A stretch of DNA of 64,000 nt from Callorhinchus milii (taxonomy: Eukaryota). Shown here piece after piece: positions 37,701-51,030 of this stretch (its first letter is position 1; the number at the start of each line of letters is the position of its first letter). The stretch spans positions 19,592,001-19,656,000 of the forward strand of contig NW_024704747.1 of assembly GCF_018977255.1 (NCBI RefSeq), written 5' to 3'. The notes beneath the pieces were generated by a model that did not search any database, was not told where the DNA came from, and worked only from the letters and a program-made list of their open reading frames with translations. The translations under genes and the position numbers were made by a program.

Positions 37701-38089
37701 GGGATATTTTTGCTCAACTCTCCACAGCTGAAATTCTAGCAGGAGCCTCGAAGCTTTAATTTTGTTGAGAAGAGTACGACCATTGAAGTTAACACTGATA
37801 AATCTAAATGAATTTGTATTATTGGTAATGGTAACTGTACAGTGAGTTTCACAGTTTTTCTCTTATAGAGACCACCCTCGGGTCTGGCTGATGGAGATGT
37901 ATACATACCATCCCGTAAACCAAGCCAAACACTGGTCAATGATAAAGTTTGGATGTACTCTGTTGTAGTAACATCAAACAATTGAGTAAACACAATGGGA
38001 CTGAACAATTTTCATCCAAATTTGAACCTGCTGATCCTCAGATCAATACTTAACCTTCCGAGCTGCCCAAATGTGACCCCCAGTCATAT

Positions 38090-38435
38090 TATAATAATAA
38101 TCATTGTATTTGATATCGCAGCTTACCACATTGTTGATACTTCTCAAAGTGCTTCACAGAAAATATTGTGTATTTTGCGGGCAAAACACAGCAGCCAATT
38201 GCGCACAGCAGTGACCCACAAACTGTCGTGGATTGATTGACCAAATTTTTGGAGGGATTATTATCCCGAAAAGGGATCCACCAATCAACTACCAACTTGG
38301 CTGCTACTTTCTGCTAGGTAAACAGAGGAGTGTGCAGTAAGGAAACTTGCCTAAGGTTTTATCCTTCCAGGGAATCAAACCGGGTCCACTCACTTGCAAG
38401 GTGCGTGCTCTAACCAATACGTTACAAGACGCCAC
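38090..38435 (-). mobile_element. tRNA-derived SINE, full length
   Basis: Collinear with 37324-37700. Confidence 0.85.
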
Positions 38436-39234
38436 ATATTAATAATCCTGGTTAGAATATAGTGTAACATATGCATGTTCTACATTGTGAAATGTATTTC
38501 TATCAATAGGTGCATCTGAAAAATCACATGCGTGAGATGATCAGCAATATGACTTCTTCATTGATTTACTTATCAGAATTAAATGAAAATCATTTTGGCT
38601 GACTTCAGCATTGGTGACTTGGAGAGCAGAGGTACGGTATATCTGATAAATCAATAACCGAATGTTTTCACTGGAAGTGATGTGAGAATGTGGAATGCGT
38701 TACCCAGAAGGCGATAGATAAAGAAGTAACTGAGCTGTTAAAAGGGGACTTGGATAATTATTTGGTGAGTAAGAGTATTAAGGGATATGAAGAAAAGGTA
38801 GGTTAATGGGACTTGAAGATAATCCATGTTCTTAAAAAATGGTGGAGTAGAATGAACAGGTAAGTGGCTTCAGTTTCCAGTTCTGAAAACTTCTTGAAGT
38901 TAGTACATAGCCATTGTTAAGTGTTCTGAGAGGCTACCGTGCATGGAGGGTGCTATATAAGTGCAAGTTGTTGTTGCTGTTGTATGTCTGTTTGTTTTGT
39001 TTTTTTAATGTAAATGTCTTTGGTAGGATTTGTATCTATCTGACCAGTAATTCAGTGTAAAGGTGTTCATAAGGACATGTGACTGGTAAAATACGGAGAA
39101 TTGGAAGATTGCTGGAACCCAATTAATCTGTTGTACAGTTTGCATGAAAATACAGACAATGTAGCTAATAGGAAAGTGTTTTATTGATGATTAGTGCCTT
39201 TTCATGAAGACAGATAAAATTCTTCAAGAGCAAT

Positions 39235-40264
39235 TCAGCAGAAATCCCTCATGCGTCTGAAAGAACCAATAGTTGAGCTGGAAGAGCCCCAGTCGCTGAA
39301 TCGCCTGTACTCTCCGGGTCTCATGAAGTACTGGCGGCCTCTGTAGTTGGGCTGATCATACATGGTCCAGTAGCCGTCCATCACGTTGCAGGAGTGAATG
39401 TCACGGTAGCGGAAACGGTCATAGACGGATGGGCAGTCATCCATGAATTCCATCATCTGTCCTCCAAAGTCAGGTCTCTCGTACACCCTCATTTTGTAGG
39501 AGCCACCTCTGTGCTGGAGTACCGAAACAGAATATTTGTGATGAGGCAACGAACATATCCACATTAATATCAAGTATTGTGTTTTATTGTGTACTGAGCA
39601 GTAGAGCCAGAGGACAAGGCCTGCGTTCGAAGTGGGGTAAATTCAGAAAAAAACATATCCACATTAATGTAGAGAACTGAAAGGTAGGAGATGATCACAA
39701 TAAGGATGACTTCTACACTTTAATCATACAATTGTTACATTTTCTAAACTCGCTTTTAAGAGAAAAGTTACGTAGACATCAAATCGAATGACAATAACAA
39801 AATATAATTCTGTAACAAGCATTGAGGGCTGGTAAATATTGAATTAATGGCACACAATGTGTTCAAATTCTTTGAGCAAATAAATCACGGTTACAAATGA
39901 CCTTAAAACATTGACTTACATATGGGTAGGTACGGCATGATCTGATGCTGTCATTGTAGCCCATCCAGCGCTGGTAGTCAGGATACTCTCCCCTGTTCAG
40001 AACGTACTGGTATCCCATGTAATTGGGTTTCTCGTACAGAACCCAGTAGTCACTGTCAACCCGGATGGAGTTACAGCGGCTGAAGTAAGACTGCAGGTCG
40101 GCACAGTCAGTGCCGCACTCATAGTGCTGTCCCTGGAAGTTCCTGTCCTCGTAAAAGATGATCTGAGAAAAAGAAAAAGAAAAAGTAATTTATCACATTC
40201 AGAGATCTGTGATGTGAACTGTAAATACAACATGAGAAATAAAAGTTGTCCTTGCCTTTCCCAT
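39235..40264 (-). CDS. Gamma-crystallin gene 9, exons 40256-40264, 39920-40162, 39235-39513; 176 aa; GC donor on intron 1
   Basis: Intact frames, ends RRMRDFC-TGA; intron 1 begins GCAAGG. Confidence 0.88.
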
Positions 40265-40734
40265 TTTGAGCTCACAGTTAACTCAGCAACTGAGTGGATG
40301 TGCCATTGCTTCCCACAGCCTGGTATTTATACACTGGACAGAGAGGACACTGTGAGGAATACTTTTGTTATTCTAATGACTCGTTATTTGGGCTGATCAT
40401 ACATGGTCCAGTAACCATCCATCACGTTGCTGATCATCAGCAAAAAAATTACAAAACAAAAAATGCTCTTTGCAGAAAGACACCTGTATTCATAACTATA
40501 GCAGGATCATCCATGCTTTTCATTTTGCTTTTGCATCATTTACATTGTTCTGTGACAAGTAGTCCTTATTTTAAATTTCTAACTCATTTGAATTTGCTGT
40601 TTTCATGAATATTTTAATAATATGTAACTAAAATGATCTTTATAAAATAACAGTGTGATCAGGTGTAGTCGTAATTACTATAAATTTCTTTACGCGTTTC
40701 TACAAAATTTGGAATATCAGAGTTAGATGTTTCA

Positions 40735-41585
40735 AGATTAAAGAACAGTTTGGAATGCTGAACAGTGATGTAGATTGCAGTGGATTGCAGGAAGACATAA
40801 ACAGATTTAGTAGAATGGGCAGGCAGATGCCTGATGAAGTTTAATGTAGGAAAATGTGAAGCAAATCACTCTTTCAGGAAAAATAGTCTTGAAAATAGGA
40901 ACCGAAGCAAAGAGGTCTGGGGATTTGAAATTTTGTGTCCAGCTCTGGTCTCCACACTGTAAAAAGGATATAGCAGCGATGGAAAGAGTACAGCATAGGT
41001 TTACGAGGATGATACCCAGGTTGGCAGGTTACAGCTATTAAGATAAAAATATAAGAATAATATAATATAATAATCCTTGCATTTAATATAGTACCTCATT
41101 ACGACTTTGACATCTCTCAAAGCGCTTCACAGGATATACTGTAAAGTTGATAGACTGGATAGGTCAGGTTTTTTTTCCCTTGAGAAAAGGCATTTCATGG
41201 GGGACTTAATAGAAGTGTTTAAAATTATAGAAGGGTTTGATAAGGTCCACATAAATAGTTTGTTTCCCTCTGGTTGGGGAGTCCATAACCAGTGGACACA
41301 AATACAATATAATAGCTCTTTGGAGATCTAAAAGAATTTTAGAATCTTTTTAAAAGAATTTATCAGGAGAGAGGGCGGTGAGATTGTGGAACTCGCTGCC
41401 TGAAGCAGTGTTGAATCAGTTAGTACAGATGCATTAAAGAGGAAGCTAGACATTCACATGAGGGATTGGGGAATAGAAGGGTATGGGAGGGAATAAAGAA
41501 TGGTTGAAGACTGGTGTGGAGTATAAACACTGGCATGGACTGGTTGGGCTGAGTGGCCTGTTTCTGTGCTATAAATGTTTTGTAT
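40735..41585 (+). mobile_element. Degenerate CR1 LINE fragment with an inserted SINE tail
   Basis: FCVQLWSPH.KKDI..ERVQHRFTRMIP, GDLIEVFKII; same insertion point as 46625-47365. Confidence 0.8.
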
Positions 41586-41720
41586 GTGCTGTGTGTTTTG
41601 TGCCTTTGTTCTCGTTTTCTCGCAATTCTATAGCCGGCAACCATTCTCATTATAGTTGTCCAGATCATTCCTGAGTGTAGCCTGACTCAGCTCAGCTCTT
41701 TAAATTGTACATCATTGTTC

Positions 41721-43326
41721 TATTTTTGTTGGAAAATATATATTTATTTATAAATATAATGTTTAGTACAACAGAAATCCAAAACAAACACAACAGCTTC
41801 GGTCACAATTTTTTTCTTTTCTCCTGATACAAAAAAAATTCCGTTGTTTATGGTACATTCCTTCACCACACATAAGTTGTGCACAGGTTTTTTTGGCCGC
41901 TCCCTCTGACACAGTCGGGAATCGCCCCTGTGTACCCCACGTCCTTGTGCGCGCCCATACAGGCCCTGATAAAGCGCCCTTGCCGCTTTCGGATGGTGTC
42001 CCGATGTGCACCGTACATGTACATGTTTACCATTTTCGGGATGCTCTTTGGTTACATCTCGAGCATCCCTCTGTGCCCTTACCACAGTCGGTTTTGGGTG
42101 CGCTCGTGGGTGCGCCCTGATCAGGTTGTGCCGGAACGGCTCCTGCTGGGATCATGCCTTTGCCGTGGTCGAGCCAAACTTCAGCTTGTCCCTTAGTTTA
42201 TAATCCCTGCTTATAGGGTGCGCGAGCATGAGGCAGGCCCTCACCGTCCCCTCGTTCTGCCAGAAGAACAACTTTTTTCGGGAGTGCCAAAGGGCCTCCT
42301 TTACCGAGTTTATGATCCTCCAGGCACACTTGATGTGAGTTTCGCTGTGAGTTCCAGGGAACAGGCCGTACAACACCGAGTGCCATGACAGCCGGTCCCC
42401 AGGGACGAACCAGGAGAGAATCCACTCCATCTTTTTCCAAACCGCCTTTGCGAAACAGCACTCCAGGAAGAGGTGGTCCACGGTCTCCTGGTCTCTGCAA
42501 CCAGCCTGAAGGCAACCTGCTGACTGGCCCAGACCTTGACCATGCATGAAAGCCCTGAGGGGCAGGGCCCTTTTTATCACCAGCCAGGCCATGTCCTGAT
42601 GGTTGTTGGTCAGGGCCAGTGATGAGGCGTTTTGCCAGATGTAGCTGACCGTCTCCGCCTTTTGAACTGTTTCGACTACCTGTCGTGCAGACCACTCGGT
42701 GATTGCGCGGGGGTCTGGGATGGTGTTCTTCAGAAATTTCTCAACATGAGATAGATATTTCAGCACGCTCCAACTGTGTGGAATATTTCAAGGCAGTTCT
42801 GCCAGAACCACCCTTCTTAGCACCGGGTACAGGTAGAAACCCAGCACCTAGCGGCATTTGTTGCTGGCGTAGCCGGGCTCCAGGCACATCCTCGAGCAGC
42901 TACACACAGAGGTGGCCATGAGGATCAGGGCTACGTTAGGGACCTCTTTTCCCCCCTTTTCCGGGGTTTTGTGCATCGTGTCTCTGCGGACACGATCCCC
43001 AGATCAGTTGGAAGACCTCTCTGGTGACTGCAGTGGCGTTGTTCCTGGTCAAAGGCCAGACCTGGGCCACATACAGTAATACCGAGAGGGCGACATACTT
43101 TTTCACCAGATTCTTCCCGGTGATGGACAGCGAGCCATAGCGCCACATCACCAGTTTTTTCCTCACTGCACCTAGACGCTCCTCCCAGCTTTTCTGGCAC
43201 ATCCCGGTAACCCCGAACCAAATCCCGAGGACTTTGATGTAGTCTGGCTTCACCGCAAAAGGTATGAGACTGCGTTCTTTCCAGTCTCCAAAATACATCA
43301 CCTTGCTTTTCTGGCAGTAGACCATG
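41721..43326 (-). mobile_element. Tx1-clade (L1 group) LINE, 5'-truncated
   Basis: ORFs 42936..43325 (IKVLGIWF, LSITGK) and 42152..42766 (C..GC..ETVDHLFLEC zinc knuckle); AT-rich 3' end; candidate TSD CATTGTTC at 41713-41720 and 43327-43334. Confidence 0.88.
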
Positions 43327-43474
43327 CATTGTTCAGCATGGAACCAACCAGTTGTTTCCAGACACTTTTCTATAGTTCACCTTTCCTCGAATGTTAAACC
43401 CTGACACAGTTACATCTTATACAGTTTTACTATATTTTCCTGATTCCTTTCCTACCATCTCCCAGCGTTGTCAC

Positions 43475-44795
43475 AATACACAACAATAAAATACAATTCA
43501 CACTTATAGATCACCTTTCATGTCTGGAGGATGTCTTGAACCATCTAATAATTGTGGCTGGGTACCGGAGCTGAGGGTGGGAGCTGAGAGGAATAAAGAG
43601 AGGAAAGATAACCAAAAAAATGGTCACAAGGTATATTTTGAGATGTACAATGAAAGATGAGAGGAAGGGATTAAGTAGGAAAAGAACTTGGAATTCGAAT
43701 TCCTGAGTGCAGGCTCCAAGTAGCTGAAAGGGTGAGGGTGGGACAGATAGAACGGGGAATGTAGAGTAGGCCTTTGTCGGCCATGCAAAGAAAACGGCCG
43801 GGTTGGTGTGGGTGAGGGAGGTTGCAAAGGTACTGTGGGGAGAGACTATGGAAGGATTTAAATGCGAGAAGGAGGATCTTCAACTCTATCTGCTGGAGAA
43901 AGAGGAGGCAGTGAAGCCAAGCAAGGATGTGGGGTGATAGGCTTACGGAGCTTAGCACATGATACCAGGTACTACCCCTCCTCTAATGGTTTCTCCTTCT
44001 GCTGCACACAGACACTTACAGTGATCTTCAGATGTCCATCCTCAACCTTCTCCTTTCCTTGTCTACATGCTTCTTCTGGGTGGCATCAATCTCAGGAATG
44101 GTGTATGCTTCCATATATAATAATAAATAATCCTTGCATTTAATATAGTGCCATTCACAGCAGGAGGAAAGCAACAACAACTTGCATTTAGTTTAGCACC
44201 CCTCAAAGAGAGTAGCATCCCAGAGTTTTTGACAGTGGTGGAACACGACGACAAACCGGGAGGCCAGGGAAGGTGACATAAGCACGGTCACAGAGGAAGG
44301 TCTTCAGGCATGACTTGAAGATGGGGAAAGAGGGGACAAGGTGGAGGGATAGAGTGAAAGTGTTCCAGAGTTTTGGGGCACAGTGGCTGAAAGTGCGGCC
44401 ACCGATTGTGCAACGGACAGTATGAAAGACAAGTAGGAGGCCTGAGCCAGTCGAATGGAGGCAGCAGGCAATGCATTGTGGAGTAAGCAGATCGGAGAGG
44501 TAGGGGGGTGCCAGGGCATAAAGGGATATGACGACGAGTGTGAGGATCTTGAAATCGATCCGTTTGATGATAGGTAGCTTAGTGCACATGAGCATGCGGA
44601 TAATGGATCTCTCAAAGTGCTTCACAGGATTTTACTGTAAATTGTATTGATTGTGTAGGTCAACATAGCAGCCAATTTGTGCACAGTAATATCCCACAAA
44701 CAATCATGAAGTTAATGACAATTCTATGTGGGGGATTGTTGGCCATGACACAGGGAGACACCGTCTTCTCTTTTCAAGTAGTATCACGGGATCTC
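43475..44795 (-). mobile_element. Cluster of L2 3' fragments (about 43475-43940, 44172-44590) and SINE fragments
   Basis: ORFs 43671..43958 and 44203..44625 carry RIDFKIL..APPYLSDLL..GGRTFS..KLWN; partial Deu core at 44605-44795. Confidence 0.75.
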
Positions 44796-45148
44796 TTTAA
44801 TTGTATTTAAAGAGATGCCATGATCTTAAAAAAGGTGGAGCAGACTGAATGGGAAAGTGATTTCAGTATTAATTTCTGAAAAATCCTTAAGGTTGGGAAG
44901 TCTGTTTGTGTTGTTTGCTCAGTGCAAATCTCTTTGGTATGAATTGTATCTATCTGATCAGTAATTCTGCGTGAAGGTATTCATGTCATCAGGCGACGTT
45001 GGTAAAATATGGAAAATTGAAAGAATGCTGGAATACAATTTTCTGTTATACAGTTCACATGAAAACCCAGACAATGTTGATAGACAAGTGTTTTATTCAT
45101 TTTTAGTGCCTTTTCATGAAGACAAATATACAATTCTTCAAGATCAAT

Positions 45149-46226
45149 TTAGAAAGAATCCCTCATACGTCTGAACGATCCAACAGTTGAGCTGGAAGCG
45201 CCCCAGTCGCTGAATCGCCTGTACTCTCCGGGTCTCACGAAGTACTGGCGGCCTCTGTAGTTGGGCTGATCATACATGGTCCAGAAGCCGTCCATCACGT
45301 TGCAGGAGTGGATGTCATGGAAGCGGAAACGGTCATAGACGGATGGGCAGTCATCCATGAATTCCATCATCTGTCCTCCAAAGTCAGGTCTCTCGTACAC
45401 CCTCATTCTGTAGGAGCTACCTCTGTGCTGGAATACCGAAACACAACATTTGTGATGCAGCTGTGAACAAATCTACATTAATATAGAGAACTGAAATGTA
45501 GGAGGGGAATCACAATAATGATCACTTCTAAATGAAGATTTTATTCATGAAAACAAAACAGCGATCTAAAACATCTTTAAATTATTTGAGCAAATAATTA
45601 ATGACTACAAATCATGTAATATTTTCTGGGATCTCAAGTCCACAAGCTTTGACTCTTGCCAACCAGCGCTTAATACCTTCCAGAATTAGAAATTGCGTCC
45701 CTCAAGAGCACACCATTCCAATAACCCATCTTTGGGACTTCTACGTGTATGTGGGATGCATGGAAATCTCAGCTTGGTTTGGATAATCTTAAGCATGGTG
45801 AATGGTTTCCGCATGTGTCAGACTCCCAACTGACCAAAAAAAATCCAATTACAAATGACCTGAAAACTGAGACTTACATATGGGTAGGTACGGCATGATC
45901 TGATGTTGTCATTGTAGCCCATCCAGCGCTGGTAGTCAGGATACTCTCCCCTGTTCAGAACGTACTGGTATCCCATGTAATTGGGTTTCTCGTACAGAAC
46001 CCAGTAGTCGCTGTCAATGCGGATGGAGTTACAGCGGCTGAAGTAAGACTGCAGGTCGGCACAGTCAGAGCTGCACTCATAGTGCCGTCCCTGGAAGTTC
46101 TTGTCCTCGTAAAAGATGATCTGAAAAAAAGCCACAAGTTCAGTCAGTAATTTATCACATTCAGAGATCTGTGCTGTGAACTGTAAATACAACGTGAGAA
46201 ATAAAGTTTGGCCTTACCTTTCCCAT
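45149..46226 (-). CDS. Gamma-crystallin gene 10, exons 46218-46226, 45878-46120, 45149-45427; 176 aa
   Basis: Intact exons, GT-AG; private residues EDKNF, RIDSD, FRFHDIH, DGFW. Confidence 0.95.
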
Positions 46227-46624
46227 TTTGAGCTCACAGTTAACTCAGCAACTGAGTGGATGTGCCATTGCTTCCCTCAGCCTGGTATTTATACACTGGA
46301 CAGGGAGGACACTGTTAGGAATACGTTTGTTATTCTAATGACTCGGGTCTGATCATCAGCAGAAAATGCTCTTTGCAAAAAGACACCTGTATTCATAACT
46401 ATAGCAGCATTCATCCATGCTTTGCATTTTGCTTTGGCATCATTTACATTGTTCTGCGACAACACATAGTCCCTATGTTAAATTTCTATCTCATTTGAGT
46501 TTACTGTTTCCATGAATATTTTAATAATATGGCCTTTATAAAATAACAGATCAGATGCAGTTGTGGTTTTGTTAAATTATTTTAGGTGTTTCTACAACAT
46601 ATGGAGTATCGGGATTAAATGTTT

Positions 46625-47365
46625 CAAGATTAAAGAACTGTTTGGAAACCGAAAGCAAAGGGTAGTAGTTTAGGATATTTGGCAAGAGGTAGTAAGAGGT
46701 GTTCTGTAGGGATCTGTGTTAGGATCACAGTGGTACACCATATACACAAATCATTTGAATTCAGGTGTGGAGATGTGTTGTCAAAATTTAGAGATAACAC
46801 TAAATTGGTAAACAGTAAAGTGGATTGCTTTGGAATGGAATGCTGGAGGATATAAACAGGTTTAGGAGATTGTAGATGAAGTTTAATGTATGAAAATGTG
46901 TTCACTTTGGCAGGAAAAATAGTCTAGATAAGAGGAAACGAAGAGGAGAAGCAAGGATATCTGGGGATTCAGAAACACAAAGTAGCTACACCGATAGATA
47001 AGACTACAAAAAAAGGCCAATGGGGTCTTGAGCTTTATATCCAGAATGATAGAGTATAAAAGTGAGGAGGTGATGTTGAGTTTATGCAAAACCTCAAATC
47101 ATGTCATACCTACCCATCATTTGGAGTTTTGTGTCCAATTCTGGTCTCCATACGATTAAAAGGATTCACGCTGCCTGAAATAGTGGTTGAATCAGTAAGT
47201 AAAAATGCATTTAAGAGAAAGCTAGATCTTCACATGAGGGAGATGGGAATAGAGGGTATGGGGGGGGTGGGGAGAGAAAGGAATAGGTGAAGACTTATGT
47301 GGATTACAACCACCAGCAAGGACTGGTTGGGCTGAGTGGCCTGTTTCTGTTCTATACATTCTTTG
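46625..47365 (+). mobile_element. Degenerate CR1 LINE fragment
   Basis: Paralogous to 40735-41585, with the same left junction (tgtttcaagattaaagaac). Confidence 0.75.
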
Positions 47366-47591
47366 TATGTGCTGTGTGTTTTGTGCCCTTGTTCTCATTA
47401 TTTTGCACTCCTATAGCCTGCAGCATTCTCATTATAATTGTCCAGACCATTAGTGTCACCTGACTTAGCTGCAGCTCTTTAATCTATACATTGTTCAGCC
47501 TGGAACCAACCAGTTGTTTCCAACTCTTCTATTGCTCATCTTTACTTGAATGGTTTATCTCTGCCACAGTCACACTTTATACTGCTTTACT

Positions 47592-47800
47592 GTAATAATA
47601 ATAATCCTTGCATTTGATATAGTGCTTTTCACATCTTCTAGACGTCTCAAAGCGCTTCACAGAATATACTGTAAAGTGAATTGACTGTATATTTTATAGG
47701 CGAAACAAGGCAGCCAATTGTGCACAGCAGTGTCCCACAAACAGTCGTGGATTGAAGTAACCAGTTTATTATTTTTTTTCTTGAAGAATTATTATTGGGC
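47592..47800 (-). mobile_element. tRNA-derived SINE, 3' half
   Basis: Same body and tail as 37324-37700. Confidence 0.75.
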
Positions 47801-48164
47801 ATATATTTTCCGGATTCTTTTCCTACCATCTCCCAGCGTCTTCACAATACACAATAAAATACAATTCACACTTATAGAGCATCTTTCACATCTGGTGGAT
47901 GTTTCAAACCACTTAATAATTTTGGCTGGGCACCGAATCTGAGGCTAGGAGCCAAGGGAATAAAGAGAGGAAAGATAACCAAAGACGTGATCAAAGGGGA
48001 CATTTTGAAATGCACGATGAAAGAGGAGAGGGAAGGACCAAGTAGAAGGATCTGGAAATGGAGTTCCTGAGAGCGGGCGCCGAGTAGCTGAAAGTCTGCT
48101 TGCCAATGGTGGGATAGACAGAACGTGGGACTGTTACAGTCACCACTTCACCTTCTGTTAAAAA

Positions 48165-49110
48165 TCTCTATCTGTGACCAGGGCTCCCTCTGCCTCCTCA
48201 TCCTCCTGAATATCTCTGCCATGTTCGACACAGTCGACCACGCCATTCCTTCTCCACCGTCTCTCCTCCCTCATCCACCTTAAGTGGTATCACACTCCGA
48301 TAGTTTGAATCCTACTTAACCAACCACCTCCATTTCATCTCGGCAAATGGTTTTTCCTCCTGCCCCTCCCCAGTCCTCTGCAGCGTACCCCAGGGCTCCA
48401 TCATTGGCCCTCTTCTTTTTCTTATCTATATGCTTCCTCTAGGTGATGTCATCCACAGACACAGGGTAAATTTCCACATATATGCAGATGAAACACAAAT
48501 CTACTTTGCCTCCTCCAGTACCAACTCGAGGTCCACCGATGTTCTATCAGCTTATCTGGCAGACATCAGGGCCTGGATAAGTGCAAATTTCCTGCAGCTG
48601 AATGTGGACAAGATGGAAGCCATACTCCTGTGGATCAGAACTCCTCATCCTCCCTGGTCTCTCCCTCACACTCACCGAACCAGTGCGCAATCTAGGCATC
48701 CGGTTCAAACCCCAGCTGTCCTTCCTCCCCCACATCCGGTCGCTGACCAGGACCACTTTCTTCCAGCTTCGCCACATTGCTTTTGGGGTACTTTACCCCA
48801 AAATGCAGTCAAAACCTTTTTGCATGCGTTTGTCACCTCCTGCCCGGACTATTCAAACGCACACTCCGCCCCACCATCAGAGGTCGCGCTTTCAGCCACT
48901 ACCCCCCGAAACTGTGGAACACTCTCCCTCAATCCCTCCGCCTTGCCCCCTCTCTCCCCTTTTTCAAGTCCCACCTGAAAACCTTCCTCTTCGACCGTGC
49001 TTATGGCCACCCCCTCACCCCCTGCTCAGATTTAGGTTCCGTCCACAGTTAAATGCTCTGAGACGCTACCCTGCATGGAGGGCACTATATATATGCAAGT
49101 TATTGTTGTT
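48165..49110 (+). mobile_element. L2 LINE fragment
   Basis: YADETQIY, FLQLNVDK, VRNLGI, GRAFS..KLWN..FKSHLKTFLF; TTG tail. Confidence 0.85.
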
Positions 49111-49940
49111 AAAAGTGTCCTTATTTGTGTTTGTATTGTTGAAAGCGTCTAATAAGCCAGTGTGCTGTTTGAGTTATTGGAAGCTCATGCATGCGCAGCT
49201 ACCACGTATAGCTTTAAGAGCAATTTAAAGTCCATAGCCAGTAATTTAACTTAAAACTAAATTCCTTCTTAGCGACGTCAGGTCTAGTCTAGGCAATTTA
49301 TCGGGGAAAAGGATTGGCAGGACCCAGTGGGCAGAGCTGCAGCGATACATTGTGAATTTGGCGGGGAAAAGTATCGGAAGATACTTCCTAAAAGGGGCAG
49401 AGTTTACAGCCTATAGAAGGAGCGAGCACATGGGGCTCGGGGTCGTTGCTTACCTGATGACACCAAAGGTATGTGCCTGACTGATACTGAGAAGTAGTCC
49501 TCCAGGTCAGGAATTGGTTTCTCGTGCATTCGTTTCACTAACTCATTGTTGAGTGGCTGCTAGCTGGTATTTAGTTAAAGTTAAGGATATACTGTGTTGA
49601 TAATTTTACAGATCTCAAAAGATTCAGTGAAAACATTTCATCCCAATGTCAACCTTCTGATTCTAAGGTCAAAACTGAACTGACTGGGTTGCCAAAAGGT
49701 AACCCTTATTCATATTATTAAGGATCCTCGCTGCCTGAAGCAGTGGTTGAATCAGTTAGTATAGATGCATCCAAGAGGTAGCTTGACCTTAACATGAGGG
49801 AGAGGGGAATAGAAGAGTCTGGGAGGGAGTAAGGAACAGGTGAAGACTCATGTGGAGTTCAAACATTGGCACCGACTGGTTGGGCTGGTTGGCCTGTTTC
49901 TTTGCTGTACATTCTTTGTATGTATGTATTCTTTGTATGA

Positions 49941-51030
49941 GGGCTCTGTCCTCGGTCCCCTCCTCTTCACCCTCTATATGCTCCCCCTTGGTGACATCAT
50001 CCGCAGACATGGGGTTAACTTATAATGTATGCGGATGACACCCAACTCTACCTTTCCTCCTCTACCCTCAACTCCACGACCACCGATGTCCTGACAGCTG
50101 CCTGTCCGACATCGAGTCCTGGATGAGAGACAACTTTCTTCAGCTCAACGTGCGTAAAACTGAGGCCCTCCTGATTGGCTCACGTTAGCGCCTCCGCACC
50201 TCAGGCGCTGACAGCATCAGCATCCAAGGCTGCACTCTCCACCTCTCAAAGCCAGTCAGGAACCTCGGGGTTTTGTTCGACCCTGAGCTGTCCTTTCTCC
50301 CTCATATCCGCGCCACAACTGGCACCGCCTTCCATCACCTCTGGAATATCGCCAGACTATGGCACTACCTCACCCCTCACGCTGCTGAAACTCTGGTCCA
50401 CACCTTTATCACCTCAAGGCTGGACGATGGGAACTCTCTCCTCACCGGCCTTCCCGGCACCTCCCTCCACAAGCTGCAGGTCATTCAGAACTCTGCAGCT
50501 CGTGTACTGTCCCGCACCAGGCTTCGGGACCACATCACTCCCACCCTCACTCGCCTCCACTGGCTCCCCATCCCCCAGAGGATCGAATTCAAGATCCTCA
50601 TCCTCACCTACAAGGCCATTCACGGCCTTGCTCCCTCCTACCTCTCTGACCTACTATCCCCCTACCTACCTGCCCGTACCCTCCGTTCCTCTGGCTCCGG
50701 TCTGCTCCACATCCCCCGCCCCAACCGCCCTACCATCGGTGGCCGGGCCTTCAGCCTCTCAGCCCCAAGGCTCTGGAACTCTATCCCCCAGTGCCTTCGC
50801 AGCCTCCTCCCTTTCCTCCTTCAAGGCCGGTCTCAAGACCTTTCTCTTTGACCGTGCCTTCAGCTCCCCTCTCGACTCTCTACCCCCTCCTCGTTCCCTC
50901 CCTTCCCACCCCTCACCCTAACCATTTCCCCCCTGCTCAGGTTCTGACCCAACTGTACAGCGCCTTGGGACATTCTCCCAATGTGAAAGGCGCTCTATAA
51001 ATGGAATCATGTTGTTGTTTTTGTTGTTGT
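49941..51030 (+). mobile_element. L2 LINE, young subfamily, 5'-truncated
   Basis: ORF 50273..50851 with L2 C-terminal motifs; complete 3' end and TTG tail. Confidence 0.9.
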
